59,524 nucleotides of DNA from Clostridia bacterium (GTDB taxonomy: Bacteria; Bacillota; Clostridia; TANB77; SIG350), in NCBI GenBank assembly GCA_028701115.1, contig JAQVRJ010000001.1, positions 1 to 59,524 on the forward strand. The letters are read 5' to 3'. A program made the translations under genes and the position numbers. Below the pieces are notes generated by a model. That model was not told the origin of the DNA. It did no database searches and worked only from the letters and a program-made list of their open reading frames with translations. Each line of letters begins with the position of its first letter. Position 1 is the stretch's first letter. Of this stretch, positions 47,931 through 58,421 are shown piece after piece.

Positions 47931-48812
47931 TTATTTTAATAAACTTTTCATATCTTCTGGAATATTACAAATAATTGTGATTTCTTTTTTTATTATTGGA
48001 TGAATAAAACTAATTTTACTGCAATGTAAAGCTTGTCTTTTTAATAGATTAGATTTATCTCCATAAATATCATCACCTATTAATGGATGATGTAGGTATG
48101 AGAAATGTACTCGTATTTGATGAGTTCTTCCTGTTTCAAGGATAACATTTACTAATGAATACTTTTTAAATTCTTGTAATACTGTATAATGAGTAATTGC
48201 TTTTTGACCATTTTCATTAACACATCTTTCAATAATACTATTATTTTTTCTTGCAATTGGTAAATCTATCGTTCCATTTTTCCCTTTTAATATTCCATTT
48301 ATAATGCAAATATATTCTTTTTTAAAAGTATGATTTTTCATTTGTTTTATTAAAGCTTCTTGTATAAATGAGTTTTTAGCAAATAGAATAATTCCACTTG
48401 TATCTTTATCTAATCTGTTAATTGGCCTAATAGGTATAAAAATATTTTTACTATTAAAATAGTATTTTAAATAATTGGATATTGTATCTGAATAATGTAA
48501 AATTGATGGGTGAGTGGGAGTGTTAGCCGGTTTATTTAATATAATTAAAGATTCATCTTCATAAAGTATTGAAATATCTTTTTTTATTGGAATAATATTA
48601 TCATTTTCTTCTTCAGAAAAGTTTATTTCAATAGATACTATATCATCTGTTTTAACCATATGATTCACATAGCAAGGAATATTGTTACAAAATATTTGAT
48701 TATATTTTTTTAATTTAATAATTAGTCTATTAGAAATATTAAAATTAGTTTTTAATATTTCTTTTACAGTTTTACCATTATTTAATTCTGTTATTTTTTC
48801 TTTAAGTTTCAT
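47931..48812 (-). CDS. RluA-family pseudouridine synthase (RluD-like)
   Basis: An S4-like N-terminus plus NRLDKDTSG and TGRTHQIRVH motifs. Confidence 0.85.
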   Translation of the reverse strand: MKLKEKITELNNGKTVKEILKTNFNISNRLIIKLKKYNQIFCNNIPCYVNHMVKTDDIVSIEINFSEEENDNIIPIKKDISILYEDESLIILNKPANTPTHPSILHYSDTISNYLKYYFNSKNIFIPIRPINRLDKDTSGIILFAKNSFIQEALIKQMKNHTFKKEYICIINGILKGKNGTIDLPIARKNNSIIERCVNENGQKAITHYTVLQEFKKYSLVNVILETGRTHQIRVHFSYLHHPLIGDDIYGDKSNLLKRQALHCSKISFIHPIIKKEITIICNIPEDMKSLLK

Positions 48813-48991
48813 TATGATTTACCTCATTTTAGATTATATGAATAATAAGTATTTTTGTCAATAAAAGCAAAGCTATTTATGTAAAGCAATAAAAGTATAT
48901 ATATTATTTATATACTTTTAATAGTACTTTTCTTATTGTATTTAAAAAGATTATGTGATAAAATATATGCTAAATTAAGGATGGTAGAAAG

Positions 48992-50797
48992 ATGACAGAT
49001 AAAAGTAAAATAAGAAATTTTTGTATAATTGCACATATAGATCATGGTAAATCTACTCTTGCAGATAGATTAATTGAAATGACAGGAGTATTAACGAAAA
49101 GAGAAATGGAAGCTCAAGTTCTAGATAATATGGATATAGAACGTGAAAGAGGCATTACAATTAAAGCACAAGCAGTTAGAATGATATATAAAGCAAAAGA
49201 TAAAAATGAATATATATTGAATTTAATTGACACCCCAGGACATGTAGATTTTACTTATGAAGTATCTAGAAGCCTTGCTGCATGTGAAGGAGCAATACTA
49301 GTAGTTGATGCATCACAAGGTGTAGAAGCTCAGACTTTAGCAAATGTATATTTAGCATTAGAAAATAATCTTGAAATATTTCCAGTTATAAATAAAATAG
49401 ATTTACCTAATGCTCGAGTTGAAGAGGTAAAAAAAGGAATAGAAGATATTATTGGAATAGATGCAAGTGATGCTCCATGTATTTCTGCAAAAACAGGACT
49501 AAATGTTGAACAGGTATTAGAAAAAATAGTATCAATAATACCTTCGCCAAATGGTGAAGAAAAGCAACCATTAAGAGCTTTAATATTTGATTCATACTAT
49601 GATAATTATAAAGGTGCTTTAGCTCATGTTAGAATAGTAGATGGTAGTGTTAAAGTTGGTGATGAAATAAAATTTATGGGAGCTAATCAAGATTATGTAG
49701 TAACTGAAATAGGATATTTTAAACCAGGTGGTTATTTACCAGTTAAAGAATTAGTTGCGGGAGAAGTAGGATATATTGCTGCAAGTGTAAAGACTATATC
49801 AGATATTAGTGTTGGTGATACAATTACTACTACTTTAAAGCCAGCTAAAACAATGTTAAAAGGATATAAGAAAGTTAAGCCTATGGTATACTCTGGTATA
49901 TTTCCAGCAGATGGTAAAGATTACGAATTATTAAAAATATCATTAGAAAAATTGAAATTAAATGATGCATCATTAGTATATGAACCAGAATCATCTCAAG
50001 CTTTAGGCTTTGGATTCCGTTGTGGCTTTTTAGGATTATTGCATATGGAAATAATTCAAGAAAGATTAGAGAGAGAATATGATTTAAATCTCGTTACAAC
50101 AGCTCCTAGTGTAATATATAAATTGCATAAAACTACAGGAGAGGATATATTACTTTATTCACCTGTGGATATGCCACCAATTACTGAAATAGAATATATG
50201 GAAGAACCAATTGTTGAAGCACAAATATTATTACCAAAAGAATTTGTTGGAAATGTAATGGAAATATGTCAGCAAAGAAGAGGTATATATATAGATATGA
50301 AATATTTAGATGACAATAGAGTTACTTTAATTTATCATTTACCATTAAATGAAATAATATATGATTTTTTTGATGCGTTAAAATCTAGATCAAGAGGATA
50401 TGCATCTTTTGATTATGAAATAATTGGATATGAAAAATCTGAATTAGTAAAATTAGATATAATGCTAAATAGTGATATAGTTGATGCATTATCTTTTATA
50501 GTACATAAAGAAAAAGCATATGATCGTGGTAGGAGAATGGCTGAAAAATTGAAAGATGTAATTCCAAGACAACAATTTGAGATACCAATACAAGCTTGTA
50601 TTGGTGGAAAAATAATTGCAAGAGAAACAATATCTGCTGTAAGAAAAGATGTATTAGCAAAATGTTATGGTGGAGATATAACGAGAAAGAAAAAATTATT
50701 AGAGAAGCAAAAAGAAGGAAAGAAAAAAATGAGACAGATTGGTAGTGTTCAATTACCACAAGATGCATTTATGAGTGTATTAAAGCTTGATGAATAG
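48992..50797 (+). CDS. lepA: translation elongation factor 4 (LepA)
   Basis: [24 protein letters not shown] and the LepA C-terminal domain in a 601-aa protein. Confidence 0.97.
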   Translation: MTDKSKIRNFCIIAHIDHGKSTLADRLIEMTGVLTKREMEAQVLDNMDIERERGITIKAQAVRMIYKAKDKNEYILNLIDTPGHVDFTYEVSRSLAACEGAILVVDASQGVEAQTLANVYLALENNLEIFPVINKIDLPNARVEEVKKGIEDIIGIDASDAPCISAKTGLNVEQVLEKIVSIIPSPNGEEKQPLRALIFDSYYDNYKGALAHVRIVDGSVKVGDEIKFMGANQDYVVTEIGYFKPGGYLPVKELVAGEVGYIAASVKTISDISVGDTITTTLKPAKTMLKGYKKVKPMVYSGIFPADGKDYELLKISLEKLKLNDASLVYEPESSQALGFGFRCGFLGLLHMEIIQERLEREYDLNLVTTAPSVIYKLHKTTGEDILLYSPVDMPPITEIEYMEEPIVEAQILLPKEFVGNVMEICQQRRGIYIDMKYLDDNRVTLIYHLPLNEIIYDFFDALKSRSRGYASFDYEIIGYEKSELVKLDIMLNSDIVDALSFIVHKEKAYDRGRRMAEKLKDVIPRQQFEIPIQACIGGKIIARETISAVRKDVLAKCYGGDITRKKKLLEKQKEGKKKMRQIGSVQLPQDAFMSVLKLDE

Positions 50798-50807
50798 GAG
50801 ATATTTC

Positions 50808-51557
50808 ATGGAGAATGATTATATTGTTGAAGGTAGAAATGCTGTGATGGAAGTTTTAAAATCTGGTAGAGAAGTTAACAAACTTGTTATACAAAAAGGT
50901 GAAAGAACAGGTTCTATTATACAAATTATACAAATTGCAAAAGATAAAAAAATAGTAATTACTGAAGCTGAAAAATGTAAATTAGATAAAATATCCATTA
51001 CTGGACATCATCAAGGTGTAATTATATATACTAGTCCAAAGGAATATTGTGAAATAGAAGATATAATACAAATTGCAAAAGAAAAAAAAGAAGAACCATT
51101 TATTGTTATACTTGATGAAATAGAGGATCCCTATAATTTAGGTTCTATTATTAGAACATGTGAAGTTGCAGGAGCACATGGATTAATTATTCCCAAAAGA
51201 AGGTCTGCTTTAATATCTGAAACAGTAGAAAAAGTATCTGTTGGTGCGACAAATTATTTGCCAATTGCACGTGTCAATAATTTAGCACAAACAATTGATG
51301 CCTTAAAAAAAATGAATATATGGGTTGTTGGAACAGATATTGCTGCTCCTAAAATACATTCAGATACAGATTTATCTGGACCAATAGCTTTAATAATAGG
51401 TAATGAAGGAAAAGGTATGGGAAGATTGGTAAAAGAAAAATGTGATTTTCTTATAAAAATACCAATGAAAGGAAAAGTTTCATCGCTAAATGCAGGTGTG
51501 TCTGCAGGAATTTGTATATATGAAATAGTTAGACAAAGAGGTAATATTAAAATTTAA
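50808..51557 (+). CDS. rlmB: 23S rRNA (guanosine-2'-O)-methyltransferase RlmB (SpoU/TrmH family)
   Basis: The ATG at 50808 follows TAGGAG. DPYNLGSIIRT, GNEGKGM and SLNAGVSAGI motifs are present. Confidence 0.85.
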   Translation: MENDYIVEGRNAVMEVLKSGREVNKLVIQKGERTGSIIQIIQIAKDKKIVITEAEKCKLDKISITGHHQGVIIYTSPKEYCEIEDIIQIAKEKKEEPFIVILDEIEDPYNLGSIIRTCEVAGAHGLIIPKRRSALISETVEKVSVGATNYLPIARVNNLAQTIDALKKMNIWVVGTDIAAPKIHSDTDLSGPIALIIGNEGKGMGRLVKEKCDFLIKIPMKGKVSSLNAGVSAGICIYEIVRQRGNIKI

Positions 51558-51573
51558 TATATCGGAGGTTTTC

Positions 51574-52815
51574 ATGGACGAAAAGTATAGTTTAGCTAAA
51601 AGAATATTAGAAAAATATAATCAATTACATGTATTAAAAGGATATAATTTGTTATCTGAAAAAAGTAAAGAAAAATTACTTGATCAAATATTGAAATTAG
51701 ATTTTGAAACTGTAAAAAGTATTTATGATAACAAAGATAGTATTGGTGTAATAGATAGAAACATTATACAACCTATTGATGTTATAGATAAAGAAGAAAT
51801 AGATGAAGAAATAAAGAATGAATGTATAAAAATTGGTGAGAATATTATATATAATAATCAATATGCTGTAGTAATTATGGCAGGAGGACAGGGGACACGT
51901 TTAGGTCATAATGGACCGAAAGGTACATATATGTTGGATATAACACCAGCTAAAAGTATATTTGAAATATTGATAGATAGATTTAAAGAAGCAAAAGAAA
52001 AATATGGAGTTGTTATTCCATGTTATATAATGACAAGTCGAGATAATTATGATGCGACATTAGAATTTTTTGAACAACATGAATATTTTGATTATCCAAG
52101 TAATGCGATTAAATTTTTTAACCAAGAAGAATTACCAATGTTAGATAGTGATGGGAAAATAATTTTAGAAGAATTAGATTTAATTAAAGAGGGCGCTAAT
52201 GGCAATGGTGGTGTATTTGGTTCGTTATATAGAAACGGTATACTTGATGAAATGAATAATGCCGGAATAAGCTGGATATTTATTTCTGGCGTAGATAATA
52301 TACTAGCCAATATTATTGATCCTTTATTTTTAGGATTAACAATAAATGCTAATTGCCCAATAGCATCAAAGTCTATAAAGAAAAGAGCACCTGAGGAAAA
52401 AGCTGGTGTGTTTTGTATAAAAAATGGGAAAAAAGTTATAGTAAATTACAATGAAATATCTGATGAAATGTCAAGAAAAAAAGATGAAAAAGGTAATTTA
52501 TTATATGGAGATATAAATATAGTAAGTCATTTATTTAGTATAGATAGTTTGTATCAAATAATTAATGAGAAACTACCTTATCATGCAGATTATAAGAAAT
52601 GTAATTACATAAATTCTTTAGGTACTAAAGTAATTGCTACAGAACCGAATGCATTTAAATTTGAAACATATATTTTCGATAGTTTTGAATTTTTTGAAGA
52701 TATGTTAATATACAGAGTTAAAAGAGAAGATGAGTTTGCTCCAATAAAGAATGCTCAAGGAGAAGATAGCCCTCATACTGCTAAAGAATTATATTTAAAA
52801 AGGAGATGTTTTTAG
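51574..52815 (+). CDS. eukaryotic-type UDP-sugar / UDP-N-acetylhexosamine pyrophosphorylase (UDPGP family), copy 1
   Basis: MAGGQGTRLGHNGPKGTY, GNGGVF, VDNILANIIDP and NAFKFETYIFD resemble UAP1-type enzymes. Confidence 0.75.
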   Translation: MDEKYSLAKRILEKYNQLHVLKGYNLLSEKSKEKLLDQILKLDFETVKSIYDNKDSIGVIDRNIIQPIDVIDKEEIDEEIKNECIKIGENIIYNNQYAVVIMAGGQGTRLGHNGPKGTYMLDITPAKSIFEILIDRFKEAKEKYGVVIPCYIMTSRDNYDATLEFFEQHEYFDYPSNAIKFFNQEELPMLDSDGKIILEELDLIKEGANGNGGVFGSLYRNGILDEMNNAGISWIFISGVDNILANIIDPLFLGLTINANCPIASKSIKKRAPEEKAGVFCIKNGKKVIVNYNEISDEMSRKKDEKGNLLYGDINIVSHLFSIDSLYQIINEKLPYHADYKKCNYINSLGTKVIATEPNAFKFETYIFDSFEFFEDMLIYRVKREDEFAPIKNAQGEDSPHTAKELYLKRRCF

Positions 52816-54240
52816 ATGAGTAATTTAGAAGATGTAAAAGGTGTGTTAAATGAATATGGACAGGAACATTTATTAAGTTTTTATAATAACTTAAATATGA
52901 ATGAACAAAATTTATTATTTGATCAAGTTTCAAAAATAGATTTCCCTTTAGTGGATAAATTATATAATATATCTCAAGAAGAAAAACAAAAGCAACCAAT
53001 ATTCCAATTTGAAAATGCATCAAGATTTAATCAAGAAGATATTTTGCAAGCCAATCAATTAGATAATCCAGATTATGGTGGATTAACCGATGTTGAACAA
53101 ATAAAACAAATAAATAAAAAAGAGATATCTATAAATTCTAAGTTAATGGAGAGAATTTATGCATCTACGATAGAAAAGAAAATAGATTGTATAGAACCTA
53201 TAGAACATTTAGATAAAAGTAAAATATCTGAAGAAGATAAAAAGAAATATGAAGAAATAGGTCTTGAAGCAGTAAAAAAAGGACAATATGCAGTAGTAAC
53301 AATGGCTGGGGGACAAGGTACAAGATTAGGCTTTAATGGGCCTAAAGGTGCATATATACTTGATTTAGATACTGAGAAGAAATCATTATTTGAGATATTA
53401 TGTAGTAGATTAAAAGAAATAAAGAATCAATATGGTGTTGTTATACCTTGGTATATAATGACGAGTAGCGAAAATAATAATGATACTATAAAGTTTTTTG
53501 AAATAAATAAATATTTTGGATATCCTAAAGAATCAATTAAGTTTTTTGTTCAAGGTGAATTACCAATGATATTAAAAAATGGTAATATAGTTTTAGAAGA
53601 AAAGTGGAAAGTAAAAGAAGGTGCAGATGGACATGGAGGAATATTTACTGCATTAAAGAAAAATCATATAACAGATGAAATGAGAGAAAATGGTGTTAAG
53701 TGGTTTTTTGTATGTGGTATAGATAATATATTAGCTAAACTTGTAGATTTAGAATTTTTAGGTTTAGTTATTGACCAAAAAGTTTTAGTTGCATCAAAGT
53801 CTGTTCTAAAAGCAAACCCAACAGAAAAAGTAGGAGTATTTTGTTTAAGAAATGGTAGACCAAGTGTAGTTGAATATACAGAAATATCTGATGAAATGAG
53901 TAAACAAACACTTGCTGATGGAGAATTAAAATTTAGTGAAGCTAATATTTTAGCACATATTTTCAGTATTGATTTAGTTGATTTAATTGAAGGAGGGGAA
54001 TTACCATATCATGTTGCTTTAAAGAAAACTGATTATATTGATGAAAACGGTAAAAAGGTTATTCCAACAGAAGAAAATGCATATAAATTTGAATGTTTTA
54101 TATTTGATGCATTTTATAAAGCCGACAAAATGCTAGTTTTAAGAGTAAAAAGAGAACACGAATTTGCGCCAATTAAGAATGCTGACGGTGTTGATAGTCC
54201 ACAGACAGCAAGAGAATTATATATAAAATATATAAAATAA
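52816..54240 (+). CDS. eukaryotic-type UDP-sugar / UDP-N-acetylhexosamine pyrophosphorylase (UDPGP family), copy 2 with a longer N-terminal region
   Basis: MAGGQGTRLGFNGPKGAY, GHGGIF, IDNILAKLVD and NAYKFECFIFD. The ATG directly abuts the TAG of copy 1. Confidence 0.75.
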   Translation: MSNLEDVKGVLNEYGQEHLLSFYNNLNMNEQNLLFDQVSKIDFPLVDKLYNISQEEKQKQPIFQFENASRFNQEDILQANQLDNPDYGGLTDVEQIKQINKKEISINSKLMERIYASTIEKKIDCIEPIEHLDKSKISEEDKKKYEEIGLEAVKKGQYAVVTMAGGQGTRLGFNGPKGAYILDLDTEKKSLFEILCSRLKEIKNQYGVVIPWYIMTSSENNNDTIKFFEINKYFGYPKESIKFFVQGELPMILKNGNIVLEEKWKVKEGADGHGGIFTALKKNHITDEMRENGVKWFFVCGIDNILAKLVDLEFLGLVIDQKVLVASKSVLKANPTEKVGVFCLRNGRPSVVEYTEISDEMSKQTLADGELKFSEANILAHIFSIDLVDLIEGGELPYHVALKKTDYIDENGKKVIPTEENAYKFECFIFDAFYKADKMLVLRVKREHEFAPIKNADGVDSPQTARELYIKYIK

Positions 54241-54351
54241 CTATAAAAAGACTTGAAATATGAATATTTTTATGTTAATATTATAAGGCGTAATTATAAA
54301 AAGTTAAAACTTTAATATAAATAATACGAAATTTGAAGGTAGGTGAAAGTA

Positions 54352-54561
54352 ATGAAAGAAGGAATACATCCTAAATATGAAGAAGCAGAAGTAATTTGTT
54401 CATGTGGTAATAAATTTAAAACACGTTCTACAAAGGCTGAATTAAAAGTTGAATCTTGTTCAAAATGTCATCCATTTTATAATGGTAAACAAGATATGAC
54501 CGGAGCTAAAGGTAGTAGAGCAGAAGCTTTTATGAAAAAATATGGTATTAATAAAAAATAG
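54352..54561 (+). CDS. rpmE: 50S ribosomal protein L31 (Cys-containing form)
   Basis: [22 protein letters not shown] prefer the ATG at 54352 over the GTG at 54343. Confidence 0.92.
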   Translation: MKEGIHPKYEEAEVICSCGNKFKTRSTKAELKVESCSKCHPFYNGKQDMTGAKGSRAEAFMKKYGINKK

Positions 54562-54633
54562 GATAATACGATTATAAAATGATATGAAAGGGAAATCCTT
54601 TTATATCATTTTTAATAATAAGGAGGATATAAC

Positions 54634-55536
54634 ATGTTCTTTGATAAATTAAAAGAGAAACTTTTTAAAACTAAAGAAGTTTTTGAAGATAAAGTTAATG
54701 ATATAATTAAGAATTTTCGTAAGGTTGATGAACAATTATTAGCTGAGTTAGAAGAAATTTTAATAATGTCAGATTTTGGTGCTAATACAAGTGTAAAGAT
54801 TATAAATAAATTAAGAGATAGAATTAAAACTGAAAATATTCAAGATGCAGATATTGTAAAAGATGTATTGAAGGAAGAAATAGAAAAATTATTTAATGGA
54901 CAAGATACACAATTAAAGTTAGATAATAAATTATCAGTAATACTTGTTATTGGAGTAAATGGTGCTGGTAAAACAACTTCGATTGGTAAAATATCTAATA
55001 ATTTGAGAAAGCAAGGTAAAAAGGTTTTAGTTGCAGCAGCAGATACTTTTAGAGCAGCAGCTGTTGAACAATTAGAAGTTTGGACTCAAAGAGCAGGTGC
55101 AGATATAATAAAGAAACCTGAAGGAACAGATCCTGCATCAGTTGTATTTGATGCAATAGTAAAAGCAAAACAAGAAAACTATGATGTTTTAATTGTAGAC
55201 ACAGCAGGTAGATTGCATAATAAAAAAGATTTGATGGAAGAATTAGCAAAGATGAATAAGATTATAGATAGAGAATTAACAGATGCTAGTAAAGAAACAT
55301 TATTAGTCTTGGATGGTACAACAGGTCAAAATGCTATTAATCAAGCAAAATTATTTACTGAAACTGCAAAAGTTACAGGTATTGTTTTAACAAAGATGGA
55401 TGGAACATCAAAAGGTGGCTTTGTTGTTGGTATAGTATCAGAATTAAATATACCAGTTAAATATATAGGAATTGGTGAACAAATTGAAGATATGCAACCT
55501 TTTGTGGCAAAGGAATTTGTGGATTCAATTATGTAG
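54634..55536 (+). CDS. ftsY: signal recognition particle receptor FtsY
   Basis: GVNGAGKTT, DTAGR and TKMDG motifs in a short 300-aa NG-domain form. Confidence 0.95.
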   Translation: MFFDKLKEKLFKTKEVFEDKVNDIIKNFRKVDEQLLAELEEILIMSDFGANTSVKIINKLRDRIKTENIQDADIVKDVLKEEIEKLFNGQDTQLKLDNKLSVILVIGVNGAGKTTSIGKISNNLRKQGKKVLVAAADTFRAAAVEQLEVWTQRAGADIIKKPEGTDPASVVFDAIVKAKQENYDVLIVDTAGRLHNKKDLMEELAKMNKIIDRELTDASKETLLVLDGTTGQNAINQAKLFTETAKVTGIVLTKMDGTSKGGFVVGIVSELNIPVKYIGIGEQIEDMQPFVAKEFVDSIM

Positions 55537-55554
55537 TGTAAGGGGGGAATAATT

Positions 55555-58305
55555 ATGGAAGTCGTATTGTTTAAAAAGAGGATGAAAATTAGGACAATTG
55601 TACTTTTAGCATTTATTGCATTTATGGTAATATATGCAATAGTTGGAGCTGTAGCATTAAATATTGAATACATGGAGTATCAGGAAATTGGAGAAAACTT
55701 TACTGATGTGTTTTGGACGAATTTATCTACAAAAGCTTTGTTAATGTTAATATCATTTGTTGTAGTTTTTGTTGTATTTTTTGTTACTAATATTTTTGTA
55801 AATAAAGGATTAAAACAGATGTGTGCTAATGAGCATATAATGTTTAGTAAAATGCCCAATAAAACATTATCTTTTATAGCAGCTGTTATATTAAGTTTTG
55901 CATTTGCTAGTACAATGAGTGAAGAAGTATTATTATTTTTGAATTCAGTATTATTTAATTTAACAGATCCAATATTTATGAAAGATATATCATATTTTGT
56001 ATTCCAAAGACCATTAGTAATTGAATTACTTGGTTCGTTAAGTGCTTTAATGGTAATACTAATTGCATATACAATTTGTTATTATCTATATGGAATGAGT
56101 AAATTAGCATTAAAAGGTATTACAAAAAATACATTTACAAATAAAATATTTGTAATGCATAATTTTGTAAATATAGGAATTTTTTTATTGATTTGTGCAT
56201 TTACTTTTGCTATAAGTGTTGAAGGATTAGTATTTTCAAATTTTTTAGATAAAAGTATAAATGGAACATTAACTTCATTGGTTGGAGCAGGATTTATAGA
56301 TGTTAATATTTCAAGATATGTTTATTTAGCATTACCAGTTATAACCGTAATATGCATTATAATTGCAGCTTTATTTATAAGGAAAGGTAATATTAAAAAA
56401 ACTGTAATTGCATTAGCTGTATTGCCAGCAGTTTTAATATTGCATGGTTTAGTTGTAGGTGTTGTAGATACATTTTTTGTTTCACCAAATGAATTAGATA
56501 TGGAAAGAGAATATATTAGTTATAATATGAAATATACAAAAGAAGGATATAATCTTGATGTGGATGAAAAATATTATGATGTAACAACAAATATTTCATT
56601 AAATGAAATTAATGATAATATGGAATTAATAGATAATGCTCGTATATTAGATTATAGAGCAACACTAAAAGTGTTAAATCAATATCAAACAATTAGAGGA
56701 TATTATACATTTAACGATGTAGATATTGCTGTATATGATATAGATGGAGAAAAGAAAGCTGTATTTATTGCAGCAAGAGAATTAAATGAAGATCAATTAA
56801 AAGATAAAAGTTATGTATTAAAAAGATTTCAATATACGCATGGTTATGGTATAACAGCTTCATCAGTTAATAGTATTGATGAAAATGGATATCCTAATTA
56901 TATACTTAAAGATATTATAGCGGATTATTCACAAGAAGATTTAATAATAACACAACCAAGAATATATTATGGTGAATTATTAAATGAGCACGTAGTAGTT
57001 AATGCAAATAATATTAAAGAATTTGATTATCCAACTGGAGAATCTGGAGAACAAGAATATATTTATGAAGGCGATTCAGGAATAGATTTGACATTAGGAA
57101 ACAGAATTCTAATGGCATTAAAATATAGTGATCCTAAATTGATTTATTCACAATATATAGCTAATGATAGTAGTTTATTAATAAATAGAAATATTATCGA
57201 AAGAGCAAATAAAGTTGCTCCATTCTTTGAATATGACTCAGATCCATATTTAGTAATAACAGCAGAAGGAAAGTTAATGTGGGTATTAGATGCATATACA
57301 ACTACAACAAATTATCCATATTCACAAATGACATATGCTAATATTAAATATGCAAATGGTTCAATGTATTCAACAGCATATAATTATATTAGAAATTCAG
57401 TTAAGGTAATAATAGATGCATATGATGGAACAACAAAATTTTATATTATAGATCAAACAGATCCAATAGCAATGGCGTATTATAATATGTATCCATCATT
57501 GTTCGAAAATATTGACACAGGATTATCTGATGAAATATGGTCACATGTAAGATTTCCAGAGTACTTATACAAAGTACAAGTAAATCAATTACTTGCATAC
57601 CATGTAGATAATGTAGAAATGTTTTATAGAAATGAAGATGTATGGCAAATATCTACACATAATAATGGAGCAAAAGAAGAAGTTATGGATCCATATTATG
57701 GTTTAACGGTTTTAGATGAGAAATTAGAATTTGCTTTAATGCAACAGTTTACACCAAATAATAGGAGTAATTTAATAGCATGGTCAGCTGCCAAGTCAAA
57801 TAAAGATGAATATGGTAAAATGCAATTGTATAAGTTTAATACTGAAAGAAATATTTTAGGAACAATTCAGTTTGATAATCAAATAAATCAAAATGCAGAT
57901 ATTTCTAAAGATTTAAACTTATGGAGTACAGGTGGTTCGAGCATAATTAGAAGTATGACAATAGTTCCAGTGGGAGATTCATTGTTATATATAGAACCAA
58001 TATATTTAGCAGCATCAAATTCATCACAGATACCAGCTATAAAGAAAATAATTGTATCTGATGGAAATAATTTAGCTATGGCGGATACATTTGAACTAGC
58101 ATTAGAAAAATTATTAAATGAAAGAATAGTTACACCAGGTGAAGGTGAAGTTACTACAGAACAAGACATTATAAAGACAATTATTGAGACAAATAATAAA
58201 TTAAAGAATGCAATGCAAAATTCAAATTGGGAAGATTATGGAAGATATATGCAAGATTTAAATGATTTAATTGAACAATTAGAAATAGAAGACGCTAAAA
58301 AATAA
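55555..58305 (+). CDS. UPF0182-family large membrane protein
   Basis: 916 aa. Roughly 300 aa of polytopic N-terminus precede a large soluble region with blocks I recall from UPF0182/COG1615 (RFQYTHGYG, YPYSQ, LYIEPIYL). Confidence 0.65.
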   Translation: MEVVLFKKRMKIRTIVLLAFIAFMVIYAIVGAVALNIEYMEYQEIGENFTDVFWTNLSTKALLMLISFVVVFVVFFVTNIFVNKGLKQMCANEHIMFSKMPNKTLSFIAAVILSFAFASTMSEEVLLFLNSVLFNLTDPIFMKDISYFVFQRPLVIELLGSLSALMVILIAYTICYYLYGMSKLALKGITKNTFTNKIFVMHNFVNIGIFLLICAFTFAISVEGLVFSNFLDKSINGTLTSLVGAGFIDVNISRYVYLALPVITVICIIIAALFIRKGNIKKTVIALAVLPAVLILHGLVVGVVDTFFVSPNELDMEREYISYNMKYTKEGYNLDVDEKYYDVTTNISLNEINDNMELIDNARILDYRATLKVLNQYQTIRGYYTFNDVDIAVYDIDGEKKAVFIAARELNEDQLKDKSYVLKRFQYTHGYGITASSVNSIDENGYPNYILKDIIADYSQEDLIITQPRIYYGELLNEHVVVNANNIKEFDYPTGESGEQEYIYEGDSGIDLTLGNRILMALKYSDPKLIYSQYIANDSSLLINRNIIERANKVAPFFEYDSDPYLVITAEGKLMWVLDAYTTTTNYPYSQMTYANIKYANGSMYSTAYNYIRNSVKVIIDAYDGTTKFYIIDQTDPIAMAYYNMYPSLFENIDTGLSDEIWSHVRFPEYLYKVQVNQLLAYHVDNVEMFYRNEDVWQISTHNNGAKEEVMDPYYGLTVLDEKLEFALMQQFTPNNRSNLIAWSAAKSNKDEYGKMQLYKFNTERNILGTIQFDNQINQNADISKDLNLWSTGGSSIIRSMTIVPVGDSLLYIEPIYLAASNSSQIPAIKKIIVSDGNNLAMADTFELALEKLLNERIVTPGEGEVTTEQDIIKTIIETNNKLKNAMQNSNWEDYGRYMQDLNDLIEQLEIEDAKK

Positions 58306-58421
58306 AATAAGATAGTTAATTTAAAAAGAGCTTTCAAAATGAAAGCTCTTTTGTTATATATAATTGTACTTTAATCTAATATATAGTATAATAATATATA
58401 TTAAAGAAAAGGAAGATAAAC

